DNA of 64,000 nucleotides from Felis catus (Eukaryota). The position numbers and the translations under genes are program-made. Shown piece by piece: positions 1-13,172 of this stretch. The notes under the pieces were generated by a model. It ran no database searches, was not told the origin of the DNA, and saw only the letters and a list, made by a program, of their open reading frames with translations. The stretch covers positions 52,950,001 through 53,014,000 of the forward strand of contig NC_058368.1 in assembly GCF_018350175.1 (NCBI RefSeq). The letters run 5' to 3'. The stretch's first letter is position 1; each line of letters begins with the position of its first letter.

Positions 1-16
1 TTATTGTGTGGCAGCT

Positions 17-469
17 GTTGAGTATAGGATTTGATTTTATCCTACTTAAAAGCTAATCATTTAGCCTATAACTCTTTCATGGATGCTGGCGGAAGACAAG
101 AGATTTCCGGGTCAGAGACAATGGCCTTTCTTATAAGCAGAGTAAGCAGCACAAGCACCATGTTTGCATCATCTTCACTTGTACCCCATGTCCTATGGGG
201 ACTATGCAGTATGAGCCCAGATGGATGCCTGCACCTGCCATTGGTTGCTTTACTAGAGAGGAACACTGGGCTTGGGATACTCACTGTTTTATAGCAACCA
301 GTAATCAGGTGAGCTTTCTGTCCCAGAAGAAGACATTATCTCATTTCTCAAAGTTGCTTGCTGTAAACACAACCTTGAAAGGTGTCCTTAACAAAGGCAA
401 TCAAAGTTTTGCATGCTTGACCTCTCCTGCAAGAAGGTCGGGGACAGTGACGAATCACTTCTCCCAACA
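17..469 (-). mobile_element. ERVL-class solo LTR (LTR41-like)
   Basis: Minus strand begins TGTTGGGAGA and contains TGCCTTTGTT..CTTTCAAGG..TGTTTACAGCAAGCAACTTTG..GAGATAATGTCT, resembling the LTR41 consensus as I recall it; TG...CA ends. Confidence 0.6.
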
Positions 470-504
470 CCAAGCACTGTTTCAAGGACTTTACATTTAT
501 TAAC

Positions 505-640
505 TCAAATGTACTTCAGAATAACCCTGTAAGTATTTTTACGATCCCCATTTTACACAAGAGGAAACTGCAACGCAGTGAGTAACTTAGCTAGTCTGCT
601 AAGTAAGATGCAAAGCCAGGCTCTCTGGCTCCAGAATTTG
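505..640 (-). mobile_element. MIR SINE fragment
   Basis: CCCATTTTACACAAGAGGAAACTG resembles the MIR core in antisense. Confidence 0.6.
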
Positions 641-1034
641 CTTTCTTTTTTAATACATTATCATTTTTATTGCCAAGTCAGTAGTCAGCACATGCTGACC
701 AACTAGGATATGTGTTCCTCGTCATGCAGGTAAGGGCTCTGGGTCCACGCTCTGGCATGTAGATCTATGCCACACCCTTTCCAAATTTCATACTTTGCTC
801 ATGCTTTTCCATTACCTATCATTCTTCCCTAGTCCCCATTGTCCTCCTTTGCTCCTTGGCTAAATTCTTCATCTACATTATCAAAGTTATGCTGATCCAC
901 TGTACATTTTCAACCAAGCATTTTTTATTTTTCCAGGACTTCTCGGTATGGCCTTGGGTTCTATTTTTCAAAGGGAGAAAAAAATCATAATTCTGAGCTA
1001 AGTCCTTATACATGGTCTTTAACCTACCTTATTT

Positions 1035-1205
1035 CTTTTAATTTTTAAATTTTAATTCAAGTGTAGTTAACCTACAGTGTTATATTAGTTTCGGGAGTAC
1101 GATATAGTGATTCAACAATTCTATACATCATTACTCAGTGCTCATCATGGTAAGTGTACTTTTAATCCCCTTCACCTATCCATACCCCCACCCACCTCCC
1201 CTCTG
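1035..1205 (-). mobile_element. L1 3' UTR fragment (L1_Carn/L1MA-type)
   Basis: T-rich tail followed by TACAGTGTTATATTAGTTTC..GATTCAACAATTCTATACAT, a typical antisense L1 3' end. Confidence 0.7.
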
Positions 1206-3312
1206 AGATGCTTTATTTTAAACAAGTGCTCTCAGTTAAAGTTATTATTTTTCAACAAAAACGTTTTTTACTTGAAGCCTACTTCAGAATATATGGTTCT
1301 AAAAGATATGTATAAAGCGATCTAGCCAAGAAAGATAGAATACACATTTTCTTCAACTATACACAGAAGAATCCCCTGGTTAAATCACATAAAAAGAGAC
1401 ATAACAAATATTACAAATTCTTACTAAAATGGGTTCATATTAAATCATAACTGAACATTAAGAAATATCTTCTCCAAATGCAGATCTGCCATTGAACAAC
1501 ATATCTCCTAGGCAATACTAATAAAAACCCCTCTTGTTTGCAATATAATGAGTATTCTTATTTCACCCTTTTATGCCCCTATTGTGGAGCTTACACTTTC
1601 ATAACTATGAACATTCTTCATCTATGGCATATCATATCATACCATATCATATGTTACATCTATGAATATTTCTGCGTCTCAACTTAAATTGTGAACACTT
1701 TAGGACCATGAACGAATTTTTTTTTCATTCTCTGCAGAAACTAGCCCAATGATAAGTTAATAGAATGCAATCGGTAAATGTTTATGGACTGGAGACAACA
1801 TGCACAAGTGGTTACATTGCTATCAATCTAGTATTATAGTCCCTTATTCTAATATATCCTCATTTAAATGGAGTTTTGGGGAAAAGGACTTAGAAAATTA
1901 GACAGAATAGCATTGTAACTATGGGAAAATGCTTTATGAATTTTCAGCAAATGTCAACAGTTTTCTTTAGGATGAAACTCATTTTTATGAATTGATTTAC
2001 TTCTGGAGGTAAATAATACCTGCATGAAAAATTAGCCTACTTATTCGGTTGAAAATGAAAAATGTCAGTTAGTTAGCCTCAGTTTTTCTTTTAATGGTTT
2101 ACCAAGAACATTGTGAATGTGACACTTGACTTGGTCAACCAAGTACAACCAACTGATAAACAAAGCCCTGAAAACACCCATGTAATTGAAAGGCTGTGGT
2201 TTACCTACTATCTGTTTTTAGCGCACTTAGAATGTGGTTTATTTACTACTCTTCAGAGCTTTTTGGTCTAAAGAATTTCACAGGGAAATTACCCCTTACA
2301 ATTTACCTATGAAACAAGCAGAGAAGATTATCAAATTATCACACATTTGATAAATATTTACTGTCACCTCCTAAGCTGGTTCAGAGAGAGCATAGGCTCA
2401 AAGCTCCTTCTAGTCTCCTGGGTAATCCCCTTTTCTCTTTCTTTCCTGCCTCTTCCATTACCTCCCATTCTACTCCTTCTTACACTGCTATGTCTTTTCA
2501 ACTCAGAACTACTGCCTGCTTTCTTCTGACCTTGCTCAATTTCTCCACAGCCCATCTACTTTTTGCTTCCTGGACCCTGGACTCCACCTGCGTCCTTCTG
2601 GTGGTAGATATATTTAGAATTTGAATGATTATTTCTTTTGTACTGGCACTAACTGGAAGTTTCAGCTCGCCATTGGCTTGATCCTTACCCATGGTGACAT
2701 CAAAAATAAGGGGTCAAAGTGCACCCTCTCCATGAGAATGTCCATAACAGTATCTATACTGGCTTTGACTAAACTTGCCCCTGAAGTGAAATTCTATCTG
2801 TTATTGACTTTCTGAAAAATCAATGAAAAAGACAAGCCCAGCTGAATTGCCAGAGCAGCAGGGAAACATTCAGAGTGAAATAGCAATCCAGTTAACAAGC
2901 CCACCATCCCCAGAAACAGGGCAGAAAAAAGACATGTAATAGACTCAGAAGTTCATGTTGATAGCTATTGGTAAGATGACTTTATATGGCTTCAAAAAGT
3001 AATTGTATAGAAATATGGAAGAAATTTTTAAAAAACAGTCATTGCTATGGTCATTAATCCATTCAACTAATATTTGAGTAATTGCTATTTAGAAGACACA
3101 GTATGGCAAAAACAGTAAGTAAAACCTGGATCCCATTCTCAGTGAAGTTACTAGAAGTAAGACTTACACATAAATAAGCTTTAACACCAGACACAAAGCG
3201 ATGAGGCAACATGTGGAGAGACCTATTTAATATACAATATGCATGTATGGTTAAAAATATATGGTTAAATATATATAGTTAGATACATATCCATATCTCT
3301 ATATATGGTCAA

Positions 3313-3333
3313 ATATATATATATATATATATA
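3313..3333. repeat. (TA)n microsatellite in AT-rich low-complexity tract
   Basis: Seen directly. Confidence 0.9.
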
Positions 3334-3579
3334 GTCAAATAAGTAAGTTTATATTGTTAAGTACATGTATGGTTAATAATATATAATAACAAATAGTATA
3401 TATCTGAATATATATTTCTATTTGAAATCAAATTTTTAGGTTTGAATTTTAACAATTCAACTCACCTATTTGTTCCTTGATTTTCTGTTCTACAAAAATA
3501 TAATAGTAATCTGCATTTCACTCAACATTGAAAAGATTAGATAAAATAATGCATGTTAAAAGACATTATTAATAAAGTA

Positions 3580-3820
3580 CAGTAAAACCTTGGTTTGTGA
3601 GCATAATTCATTCCGGAAACATGCTTGTAATCCAAGTCACTCAGATATCAAAGTGAATTTCAAGAACCATTGGCTCAGTTGTGATCATGTGACATTCGGC
3701 ATCAGGTACCACTCATATTGCAAGACATAGCTTGTCTATTAAGTTAAAATTTATTATAAATATTTGCTCATCTTGTAGAACACTCACAGAACAAGTTACT
3801 CGCAATCCAAGTCTTTACTG
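3580..3820. mobile_element. Tc1/pogo (Tigger-like) MITE, 241 bp
   Basis: Imperfect 22-bp terminal inverted repeats: left CAGTAAAACCTTGGTTTGTGAG vs reverse complement of right end CAGTAAAGACTTGGATTGCGAG; preceded by TA. Confidence 0.8.
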
Positions 3821-4329
3821 TTATTTTGCTTAACCAGTGATTACTAAGAAGTCAGGTGCTGTGTTAGATATTGGCAAAACCAAGCTGCATTCGACTCTGT
3901 CTCCTCTCAAGGAGTTGAAAGTTATGTGGAAGAAATGTTTGGGTAAGCAAAGGACTCCAGTAACATATGGCATATTCTATAATAAAAGGGTATAATAAAT
4001 ACATAGAAGGCAGTTTGAGAACACATAGGACAGGATCAGACTGCCTGGAGTTTTAAGAAGGGTTCAAAGCCTAGGTTTGGGTTGGGTATGGATGAGGAGT
4101 CCAGCAGGCTTGTGGCAGAGGGAGGGAGGGGATCAGTTTCGGGGGAGCTGTGCCCACAACCGTGGTGGGGTGCAGTCATGCTGCAGTCAGCACAGGTGTG
4201 GAGGAGCAGTAAGAGGCAAGACAGTTGAGGAGGGATATGCAAGGTCCTGGCAGGAGGTAGGAGTTGCAAGAGAGTCAAGGGCCAGATCATGAGGTGCTTC
4301 TTAGTAACAAAGTTTGAATTCTATCATAA

Positions 4330-4753
4330 AGATAGCAAGTGGCTTAAATTTGGTGGCCTGAAACAACAGAAATTTATTCTCACACTTCTGGAAGCCAGAA
4401 GTCCAAAATCAAGGAGTTGGCTGGGCCACATTGCCTCCAGAAGGTCTAGGGGGGAATCCGTTATTGCTTCTGGTGACTTCTGGTGACTCTTGGCATTCTT
4501 TGTGTTGTGGCTGCAGAAATCCAGTCTCTTCCTTCCTCTTCACGTAGTCCCCTCCTCCATGTCTGTGTCTTCTCCTCCATGCAGTTCTTATAAAGACACT
4601 TATCACTGGAATTTAAGGACCCGTGGGACAATCTAGGATGATCGCCTCATCTCGAGGTCCTGTACATAATTACATCTGCAAAGATTTCTTTTCCAAAGCT
4701 CTGAGTGTATGTAGCTTTTGGGGGTATGGGGGTGTGGGTACCATTCACCCTAA
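4330..4753 (-). mobile_element. MaLR LTR (MLT1-type)
   Basis: AAACAACAGAAATTTATTCTCACACTTCTGGAAGCCAGAAGTCCAAAATCAAG and ATTACATCTGCAAAGA, characteristic of MLT1. Confidence 0.8.
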
Positions 4754-5104
4754 TTCAGTGAAGAAGCGTTGAAGAAAAAATGAATTTTACAGATTCGGAA
4801 CTGTGTCTGATAGATCACACTGGGGACCAAGGGGAAGGTAGTTTTATGTTTTACAAATTCTAAAAAAACTACACAAGCATTACCACAGTCACTATTACCA
4901 TCCCCAGTGAACCCGCATTGAAAACTCTCTAAATTGTTGAAAAGAAAATTAAGCTCTGATTGGTGTATAATTTTTGACATGGTTCAGAATCGCCTTTTGC
5001 CATTTGTCACATAAAGGACATGCCAAGCTGTAGTTCGCAGAGCTTAGGCTCCAGGATTCCAACTTCACCCTCGTTCACCATTCATAGCTGCGGTCCTCAG
5101 CAGC

Positions 5105-5262
5105 AGCTGCCATTGGAGTTTCCTAAGGCACTTCAGAACTGACCTCTGGGCCCCACCTGCAGAGATTCTGAGGCAATTTGCCTGGGGTGCATCTTGGACA
5201 CTGGGATTGTATAAATCTTCCCAGGTGATTCTACTGTGCAGTCAGAAACTAGAACCACAGTT
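5105..5262. mobile_element. hAT-Charlie MER5-type DNA transposon relic
   Basis: CTGGGCCCCACC..AGAGATTCTGA..TTCCCAGGTGATTCT..AGAACCAC pattern. Confidence 0.6.
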
Positions 5263-5633
5263 TCCTACACGAAAATTTTCTTTATGATTAATATTCAACT
5301 TGACTCTGAGCACCCTGTGTTTTCATGCATTAGGACTTTCAAACTATCCATCTTCAAAGCACAATTCAACTGGTAACGAGCCTAATGACTGATGCTTCTT
5401 GGTGAGCAGCTCTCACTTGGAAAATGGTACCTCACCTCATCTGTTTTTATTTTTAGTTATAATAATGAGAGGTTACTTTTTCAATATCAAAGATAAATCA
5501 TTTACCAACTAGCAATTTGAATGTTTTTGTCATCATGGATTTTTGGGGCATTGACTTTGATTTTCTTAAATGTTGCCTGAAAATATTTGTTCCGATTACT
5601 GAGTTTTGGAGGGCCACTTTAAATTTTGTGTCA

Positions 5634-6008
5634 TAATGAGAAAGAATGAAATATGGCCTTTTGTAGCAACGTGGATGGAACTGGAGAGTGTGATGCTAAG
5701 TGAAATAAGCCATACAGAGAAAGACAGATACCATATGTTTTCCCTCTTATGTGGATCCTAAGAAACTTAACAGAAACCCATGGGGGAAGGGAAGGAAAAA
5801 AAAAAAAAGAGGTTGGAGTGGGAGAGAGCCAAAACATAAGAGACTGTTAAAAACTGAGAACAAACTGAGGGTTGATGGGAGGTGGGAGGGAGGGGAGGGT
5901 GGGTGGTGGGTATTGAGGAGGACACCTTTTGGGATGAGCACTGGGTGTTGTATGGAAACCAATTTGACAATAAATTTCATATATTAAAATAAATAAATAA
6001 ATAATAAA
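5634..6008 (+). mobile_element. Young 5'-truncated felid-type L1 (ORF2 C-terminus, 3' UTR, A-tail)
   Basis: Encodes the ORF2 end MRKNEIWPFVATWMELESVMLSEISHTEKDRYHMFSLLCGS*; G-rich 3' UTR; (AAAT)n tail; perfect TSD TAAATTTTGTGTCA at 5620-5633 and 6009-6022. Confidence 0.93.
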
Positions 6009-6057
6009 TAAATTTTGTGTCAGGGGTGAGAGAGGCTCTCACCCTCCTAGCTTCCAC

Positions 6058-6452
6058 TCTGAATAGTTATTTTCCTGTGGTGCTATGGCACAGAGTTCAA
6101 ATCAAAGTGTTGGCAAGGCCACTTTTTCCCTGATGCTCAGGGGAAGAATCCTCCTCGGCTTCTTCTGGCTTCTGGTGGCTGCTGGCTTCCTTGTCTTGTG
6201 GCTGTATCCCTGCTTCCCTCTTCACATGGCCTTCTCCTCAGTGTCAGTGTCTTCTCTTTGTGTCTCTCAGAACACTTGTCAGTGCATTTAGGGACCAGTC
6301 AGATAGTCCAGGATGCTCTTCTGCTCTCAAAGCCTGAATTCAATGACATCATTGAAGAATTTACTGTTTTTTCAATCTAAGGTCACATTCATAGGTGTCA
6401 GGCATTAAGAAATGGGTGTATCTTTTGGGGGTCCACCACTCAACCTACTACA
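6058..6452 (-). mobile_element. MaLR LTR (MLT1-type)
   Basis: AAATCAAAGTGTTGGCAAGGCC..GGGGAAGAATCC..AAGGTCACATTCATAGGT..CAACCTACTACA. Confidence 0.75.
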
Positions 6453-6489
6453 ATAACCTTCTTTCCTTATATTATGTCACTCTGTCCTT

Positions 6490-6635
6490 ACAACAAACTG
6501 ATGCCCAGGGAGGATTTTATTTCCCCCATTTTGTAGATGAAGAAGCTGGCACTCAACAGAGGTTAAATGCATGCGCCTAAGTCATACAGGCTTTTACATC
6601 ACTGAACCAGGGCTCCTGATTCCTGGCACTGTGTT
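6490..6635 (-). mobile_element. MIR SINE fragment
   Basis: CCCATTTTGTAGATGAAGAAGCTGGCACTCA..GAGGTTAA. Confidence 0.6.
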
Positions 6636-9600
6636 CTTTGAGCTGTGGAGACGTTATTATCCATTGCTTTCTAACGCTCTGCGAAACCATTCGGGAGATT
6701 AACCACTGCTATCCAATCCTAAGGAAAGCTGATTCTAGAACCCACAGATTTTATTTTCTGCTCTTCCCACTGTGCGGTGCTTATTATGTCTCCCAAGTTT
6801 TGCTCCAACTGTTGTGCTAGCATCTTTTATTCTGCTTATAAATCGGTGAACAGATAGCTTAACCCACTTCTTGTTCTAAGCCCACAAGTAAAAGCTATGA
6901 TCTCTTATGACAAAATAGTTCTCCCATATTAAGCAGAGGAAAGCAGTGAATATCTTTTCATCTTAAAGGACAAAGAAGATACAGTGAGATGTACAGTTAT
7001 CTGACCTGGGACATCTGAGGTCTATATCTCACTAATTGCCTGTTTGATGGGGAGGCAGAATAGCCTTCCTGAAATATTAACGGAGAGTTTGCTTTCCCTT
7101 GTGGCTTTAATTCTTAAAATGTAAAAGATGCTGTAACCTTTCTGGCCATCGATGTGGCACGGCAGAGAAGTCCACCTGCCTGCATTGATCACCGGGAAGA
7201 AATGGAAATGGCCAGAGCTGAAATAGTCCAGGGCAGAAGGGAACATCCATGCTCTGCATTGCAATAGGGTGCCACGCTTATTTAAATTTAAACTGAGGGC
7301 TTCGCTGGATAGCCAGCTCTTTCCAGCCTCCGAAACATGGCATTAGTGAAATGTCAGCTTGCGTTAAGATCACCAGTGGCCTTTTCTGTGCACATTCTTC
7401 CATGTTTCTGCACAAAGATAGCGGAGCACGGCCATGGCTCTGCTCTGGAGATCGATCCGCCTTCATGTCTGATATTACCTTACATCGCCAGGGCCAGGCG
7501 GGTGTGAGAGAGGGGGCACAGGGACCGTGTTTACTCACTGAACCTTGAGGTAGAGCTTTAGCAAGTGGCCGGGTGGCTGTGAGTTGCTGAACTAACTGCA
7601 GTTTGGGCCCTTTTTTAGGGTTTGCAGTGATAAGAGCAGATCTCCGAGGAGTTGAATGTCTGCGTGATCTAAAACCAGGGCAGTCAAGCTGAAGAGGATG
7701 TGTGCGCTAACCTGTTTGCACTGAATACTCTCCATAAATAATTTACAGCCATGACTGCTAGCTATTATTACAAAAATACCGGATTGCATTTTGACACATG
7801 CATCCAGCTTGTAAGTCAATAGATACGTTTCACCTAGTGTGGGCAGACCTGGTGGAAGATACCCATCCAAGTGTTTTCCAACAATGTAATTTAGCACTCC
7901 CCAACCAGGCGGAGGAGAGCTTTCCGGGGAAGCCTGCACCCTCAGCCAGACAATAGACTGTCCTGCTAAGTCTTCATTTTATTATTCATTCGTAGGCTGC
8001 TGATTTTCTCCTTCCGCCCTGCGTAGCATCCTTGTAAATTTCAAGTCCTTGGCATCTAATGTTAAAGTGAAATTGTTTGGATGGGAAGTATTCTTCTGTT
8101 TTTTTATTCAAAGAATATGTCCGAGGGTACTGGATGGTATTTCCTTCAAGATGTACTTGAATCACCAAAAAGCATTTTACTATTGGCCCATTTTAACACT
8201 CTCCAAACCCCCACCCTAAGTAGTAGGGCTTTCTTCAGACTGGCATTTTCCTCAAAGACAAGAGTGGTGCCCCATGAAGACAAAAACCATGATTCTGTAA
8301 ATTCTCTTTAGGAAGTAAGGAAGCAGTTTCTGTTTTCTGTGGTCTTGAAAATATGTAATAAAGCAGCCTGATGAATATGTAAGAAAGGAACAACAGTAGA
8401 GCTCCTTATGATGGTTGCTAAAGTTACATGACTCTTTCAGGTATTTTTTTTTTAAGAGAAAGGCCAAGAACACCATTCAGATGTTACCCTGTCTTTATGA
8501 CCAATCGATAGCAGAGTTGTAGGGTCTCCCTTATTCTTTGATGAGGTACATTTATATGCAACGAGGGATTGCATGTATATTTAATAAGAAACTCCATTAT
8601 GTGTACACGTGGCGGGAGAAAGGGAAAAGAAGATATTTGCGCTGGCTGGGGTAATGCTATAATAAGAAATGCGACTAAAAATTATTTGCTACAGATTTAA
8701 AAGGATAATCTTAGGTGGAGGAAAAGGCAGGTAGGAAATGGTGATTCCAGGGAGAAATGCCTTTTAAATATTCACATGCCATAAGTACAAAGCATCTGAC
8801 AGTGAGCTGTTGATAATGTACACTATTCTCCCAATAGAAATAAACTGAGAAATATTAGCCGTACCTTTTGTTCAAGGCTTATTTTTCAGTAGCAATAGTC
8901 CTGGGTTGGATGAGGCATGCATACCTGAAGTTCATCTGAAAGAAATAATTTTTGATTGCATAACATTTTACATTACCTTAAATTAGCTAGAATGTCTGAG
9001 TAATTAATCTATAAACTCCTGCAAAGCTGAAACTTAAAAATCATTGTCAACAAATACCTTACAATAACATTAATACAATTGTAAGAAATATTTTAAAGTG
9101 AAGTATGTATTTACTAAGGTTTGTTTGGCCTAATATGCCAATTAAAGAAAATTGTGGCATATAGATAATAGAAGAGAACATCTTCAAATTATTTTGAAAA
9201 GAAGGGAATACTAACTCTGGGATTTTTATGTTTATAGATCTACCTCAAGTTCTTGTATTTCTTCCTGGTATCTTACATTCATCTTTATGCCCAATTTCCA
9301 TCTCCATCTAGCAAAAGGGGCCCTCTTCACCTTAGTATCTGCACAGCTTTCTAGATGTTGCCTTGACTCAGGACACCCCACCCGCCGCCAGTCTCCAGTG
9401 CAAACGCGCCTCTCCGGTCACCCTGTCCAGTTGGCCTTAGCTAGGCTCATATCGTGCGGAGACTCCCAGACTCTTCACGGCCTTCCAGCTCTGACTCATC
9501 TTCTGCCAGTGGGAGCATCTTGCTGGCAGTTTGCTCTTACGCCTGGCTTCAGGGGGTCGGTCTTCACACAGGGGCCCCAAACTTTTCCAGCTTGCCCCCC

Positions 9601-10385
9601 ATGCCAGCCTGCACAGCTGCTGCCTCTGTATCCTGCCCGCATGTAATGCCCTTCCTTCCTACAAATCCGGCTCCTATAGGCGTCTGCAACACTTGCCCAT
9701 TTCACCTTTCCCGTGAGGACACTCCTGCTAATTTGATCTCACCTCCATTACAACCTTGAATACACAAATTTGGGTTGTTTCTTTTTTTAAAATTTCTGAG
9801 CCTTTCTGCTATTGTTTCATCGGCCTGGAATAAGCCCCTCCCTCTCGTTCTCCCCACATGGCAGCTCCTCATTTGTCCCCTAAGATCCATGCTTTAATGT
9901 CTCCCTAGGATAAGGGTATTCAAATGCTAGGTGGCTGGTGCCAGAGTATGAAAATTCTTCTCACACAATTATATGTGATCAGTTAAAAGGATTTTTCTTT
10001 ATTCCAAAAGTATACACTTAATCTTTTTGGGTAGTAACCTTTTATGAAATGAGGATGATAGTATAACACTTTTTTATTCAAGTGCCAATTTGAGATAATA
10101 AAAACTTGACCACTCATGTCACTCGGCATTTTTTTTTTTTTTTGTAAATTTTTGCTCCATGCAATCATGAATCTGAAAACCACTTCCCGAATGCTGGCAT
10201 CCTTAGAACATACTGCAGTAGCCCTTCTCATCCTGCAGCATTATTACTGACTCATGGGGCGGCGAGTACTTGCATGGTATTCTTCATAGCATCCTCACAA
10301 CCTGCGTGCTAAATATTCAAGTGAAGGAGATAGCTGGGAAATATTAGCTCTTTATTATACTGAGGATATTCGTCAATTTCCCTTA

Positions 10386-10560
10386 ACAAGTGGCTCTTGA
10401 TCTGAGTTCCATGGACCCATAGGTGGGTCCATAGAAGGGCTTCAGAGGACCCAAGAACAAAATCTTATGCAAAATTTTGCACATAGAGCATATATGTGCT
10501 TATTTTTTTCCGGGGAGAGAGTCTGTCGAATTTTCAAAGAAGTCCTAACTCTCCACACTG
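10386..10560. mobile_element. hAT-Charlie-like DNA transposon relic
   Basis: AGTGGCTCTT..CCATGGACCCATAGGTGGGTCCATAG with internal hairpin; pattern typical of old Charlie-family MITEs. Confidence 0.45.
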
Positions 10561-11430
10561 CGGGAATTATGGGCTCGCTTAGCATTTTCTGAACGACTGA
10601 GATGTGCCAGACTCTGCACTGACACAGGAGCTACAGAAATGCATCCGGTGCAGTCCTTGTCTTCAAAGAACTCATTCATCCTCGGGCTGGCCCGACACAA
10701 AGAGGCCAATACCAACCACTAGTGGTAGAGACTGCAATAAATATCAGTAGCTATATGGGAATATGTGGGGCGCTGCCTGGTGGTGGGAAAGGCCACCAGA
10801 GGAGGTGACATGTTAGCTTGGCCTTGAAGAATAAAGTTTGTGATGCAGCAAATGAAAGAGTTGCAAAGGATATTCTAACTATCCAAAAAGGAGTCCAAAC
10901 TGAGCAAAAGCAAGAACAAAAACCACTAAATATGCACACATGCCTCTAGGCTATGCAAAGAAACCCGCATGCCCACAATTCCTTCTTTCCTTCCTAATGG
11001 CATCTGACCTAGTACTAGTCATACTGCATATATTTCACAAGACTTGGGATGTGACCGACTACGGAAAAGGTGTGCCATGACATACTAACAAACTTGGGTG
11101 ATCAAAAATACTTTTAAGTGTAAGGGCAACGTAAATACTTCTTATACTATTTCAAGCTAGCTGAAATTAAGAGCTGTCATGGATTTGAGGCCTGTTCTTA
11201 CAAGTGGCAAGGAAGAGCTATGTACTTAGAAAGACAGGAGGGTATCAGGAAGGATGAAGGCTGGATTCGGCCCCTCAGCCTGGTTTGTGCGGATGCTGCG
11301 ATGCACAGGGTGGCCAGCAGCCCATCTGGTGGCTTTGTGCACAACAGAAGGGGAGGCTCTTTCTCTGAGTGGACTCAGCATACGGCCAGGGCACAGGGCT
11401 CAGCGAGCCAAATGAGGGCTGGCTTCTAGC

Positions 11431-11457
11431 CTCCCCCCACCCCCCCCCCCCCCCCCA
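11431..11457. repeat. poly-C tract
   Basis: Seen directly. Confidence 0.9.
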
Positions 11458-11479
11458 CCTCTCCGCTGGGTGCCTTTAA

Positions 11480-11760
11480 CCATCAAATCCTATGGGCGGG
11501 ACGGAGACACGTGTAATGATTTATCTAACATAACTTTAGCATATGTTTAGCTGCTGGCATAGAGCTCCTGTTGGGACAGTAAAAAGCTAGAGGAGACCCC
11601 CAAACCTTCTCCTTCCTCTTAGGTAAAGTGAGGGTGCAAAGCCCGGAGCAGCAGCAGCAACGTAAAAGCTGCAAGAGTTGCTGCCAAATCTAGAAAGACA
11701 CTGTCTGGGCTGAGTCATTAAATCTTGCACATTCGCGCAGGCGCAATACATTGTGACGAG
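11480..11760. promoter_or_regulatory. Putative cis-regulatory module
   Basis: GC box 11494-11500, CACGTG 11508-11513, AP-1 TGAGTCA 11711-11717, NRF1-like GCGCAGGCGCA 11735-11745. Confidence 0.4.
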
Positions 11761-11819
11761 GCTAAAGAGCCAAACTCCTCACATTTTTAGGATATGAGGC
11801 TCCAGAGAAAAGCAATTCT

Positions 11820-12076
11820 TTTTTTTATTTTTTTTTTTATTTTTTTATTTATTTTTTTTTTAATTTTTTTTTTCAACGTTTATTTATTTTTGGGACAGAG
11901 AGAGACAGAGCATGAATGGGGGAGGGGCAGAAAGAGAGGGAGACACAGAATCGGAGACAGGCTCCAGGCTCTGAGCCATCAGCCCAGAGCCCGACGCGGG
12001 GCTCGAACTCACGGACCGCGAGATCGTGACCTGGCTGAAGTCAGGAGCTTAACCGACTGCGCCACCCAGGCACCCC
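11820..12076 (-). mobile_element. CAN-SINE (young SINEC_Fc type)
   Basis: tRNA-derived head, (CT)n body, long A-tail; perfect TSD AGAGAAAAGCAATTCT at 11804-11819 and 12077-12092. Confidence 0.97.
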
Positions 12077-12935
12077 AGAGAAAAGCAATTCTAAAAGGAA
12101 AAAAAAAATCACTTGGTTTGTCTACTATTTGGAAGGAAAATTTCAGGGTTAACAGCAGACTATGGATTTCCAAGGAGCACAGCATTATATTGGATGAAAC
12201 ATGGTACTCGCTGTGCTCATAATGTAACACTGTTGCTTTTCTTCCTCCCATTTCAACTCTCTCCTCTAATGAGGCTCAGTAAATACAGAGAACTCTAAAG
12301 CAGACATGACTTTGATGAGTTCAATATTGAAAACATATTTAATGTATAATATATACAACTTATATAAATATATAAAATCAGATTAAAAAACGGTTCCCTT
12401 ATGATTCAGCACTGAACAACTAAATAGGAAGAGCATGAGTCTGCCAAAAATATCTCCCTGACTTACTTTATGTAGGTCCTTCCATGTCTTTGTGGTAGAT
12501 CCTCTGGGAAGGTACTATGCGAACACAGGCCATGCCAGCATCCCCAGGCGTCACCCCAAACTGCTCCTACTACACCAAAGGGGGTAGGAGGCCTTCACGT
12601 TGTTCTTTACAATCCGGTGTTAACATAGATCAGTTTATTGTGTGTTCTATTTGCCTCCCTAGAGGACACAGAGTTCCCAGCTTCGAGAATTAGAAGAAGG
12701 CATACATCAGTATTATTTCAAAACGACAAGAAAATGGGGATCAGGAGCCTGGTGTCCTTACACAGACTGTACACTCTTTGAATGCAATGTCTTATACTTG
12801 TGCCCAGACAGGAAATGCTCACTTAGTGTTTGCTGAACGAAGAGAGGGAAAGCCCTGGAGGGCGTGATAACTCGTGCATGTCCTAACGAATTTCCTGGTC
12901 CGTTTGGAAGACAAGCACATTTTTCATATGTTCAG

Positions 12936-13172
12936 TTTTTTATATACATAGTTTTTTTTAGTGTTTACTTATTTATTTTGAGAGAGAGAGAGAGGGAGAG
13001 AGAGCAGGGGAGGGGCAGAGAGAGAGGGAGAGAGAGAGAATCCCAGGCAGGCTCCGCTGTCAGCCGTCAGCGTGGAGCCCGACTCGGGGCTCCATCTCAT
13101 GAACTATGAGATTATGGCCTGCGCCACAATCAAGACTTGGATGCTTAACCCACTGAGCCCCCCAGGCACCCC
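12936..13172 (-). mobile_element. CAN-SINE
   Basis: SINE body; degenerate TSD TCATATGTT. Confidence 0.93.

Noticed and set aside
10411..10432. 9-bp hairpin ATGGACCCA-TAGG-TGGGTCCAT
   Set aside because: Explained by an old hAT-type MITE; too short for a pre-miRNA.
11794..12222. 142-aa ORF and similar ORFs with ERERER/LSLSLS runs (e.g. 12864, 18046, 40206, 46073, 56126)
   Set aside because: They are translations of CAN-SINE sequence.
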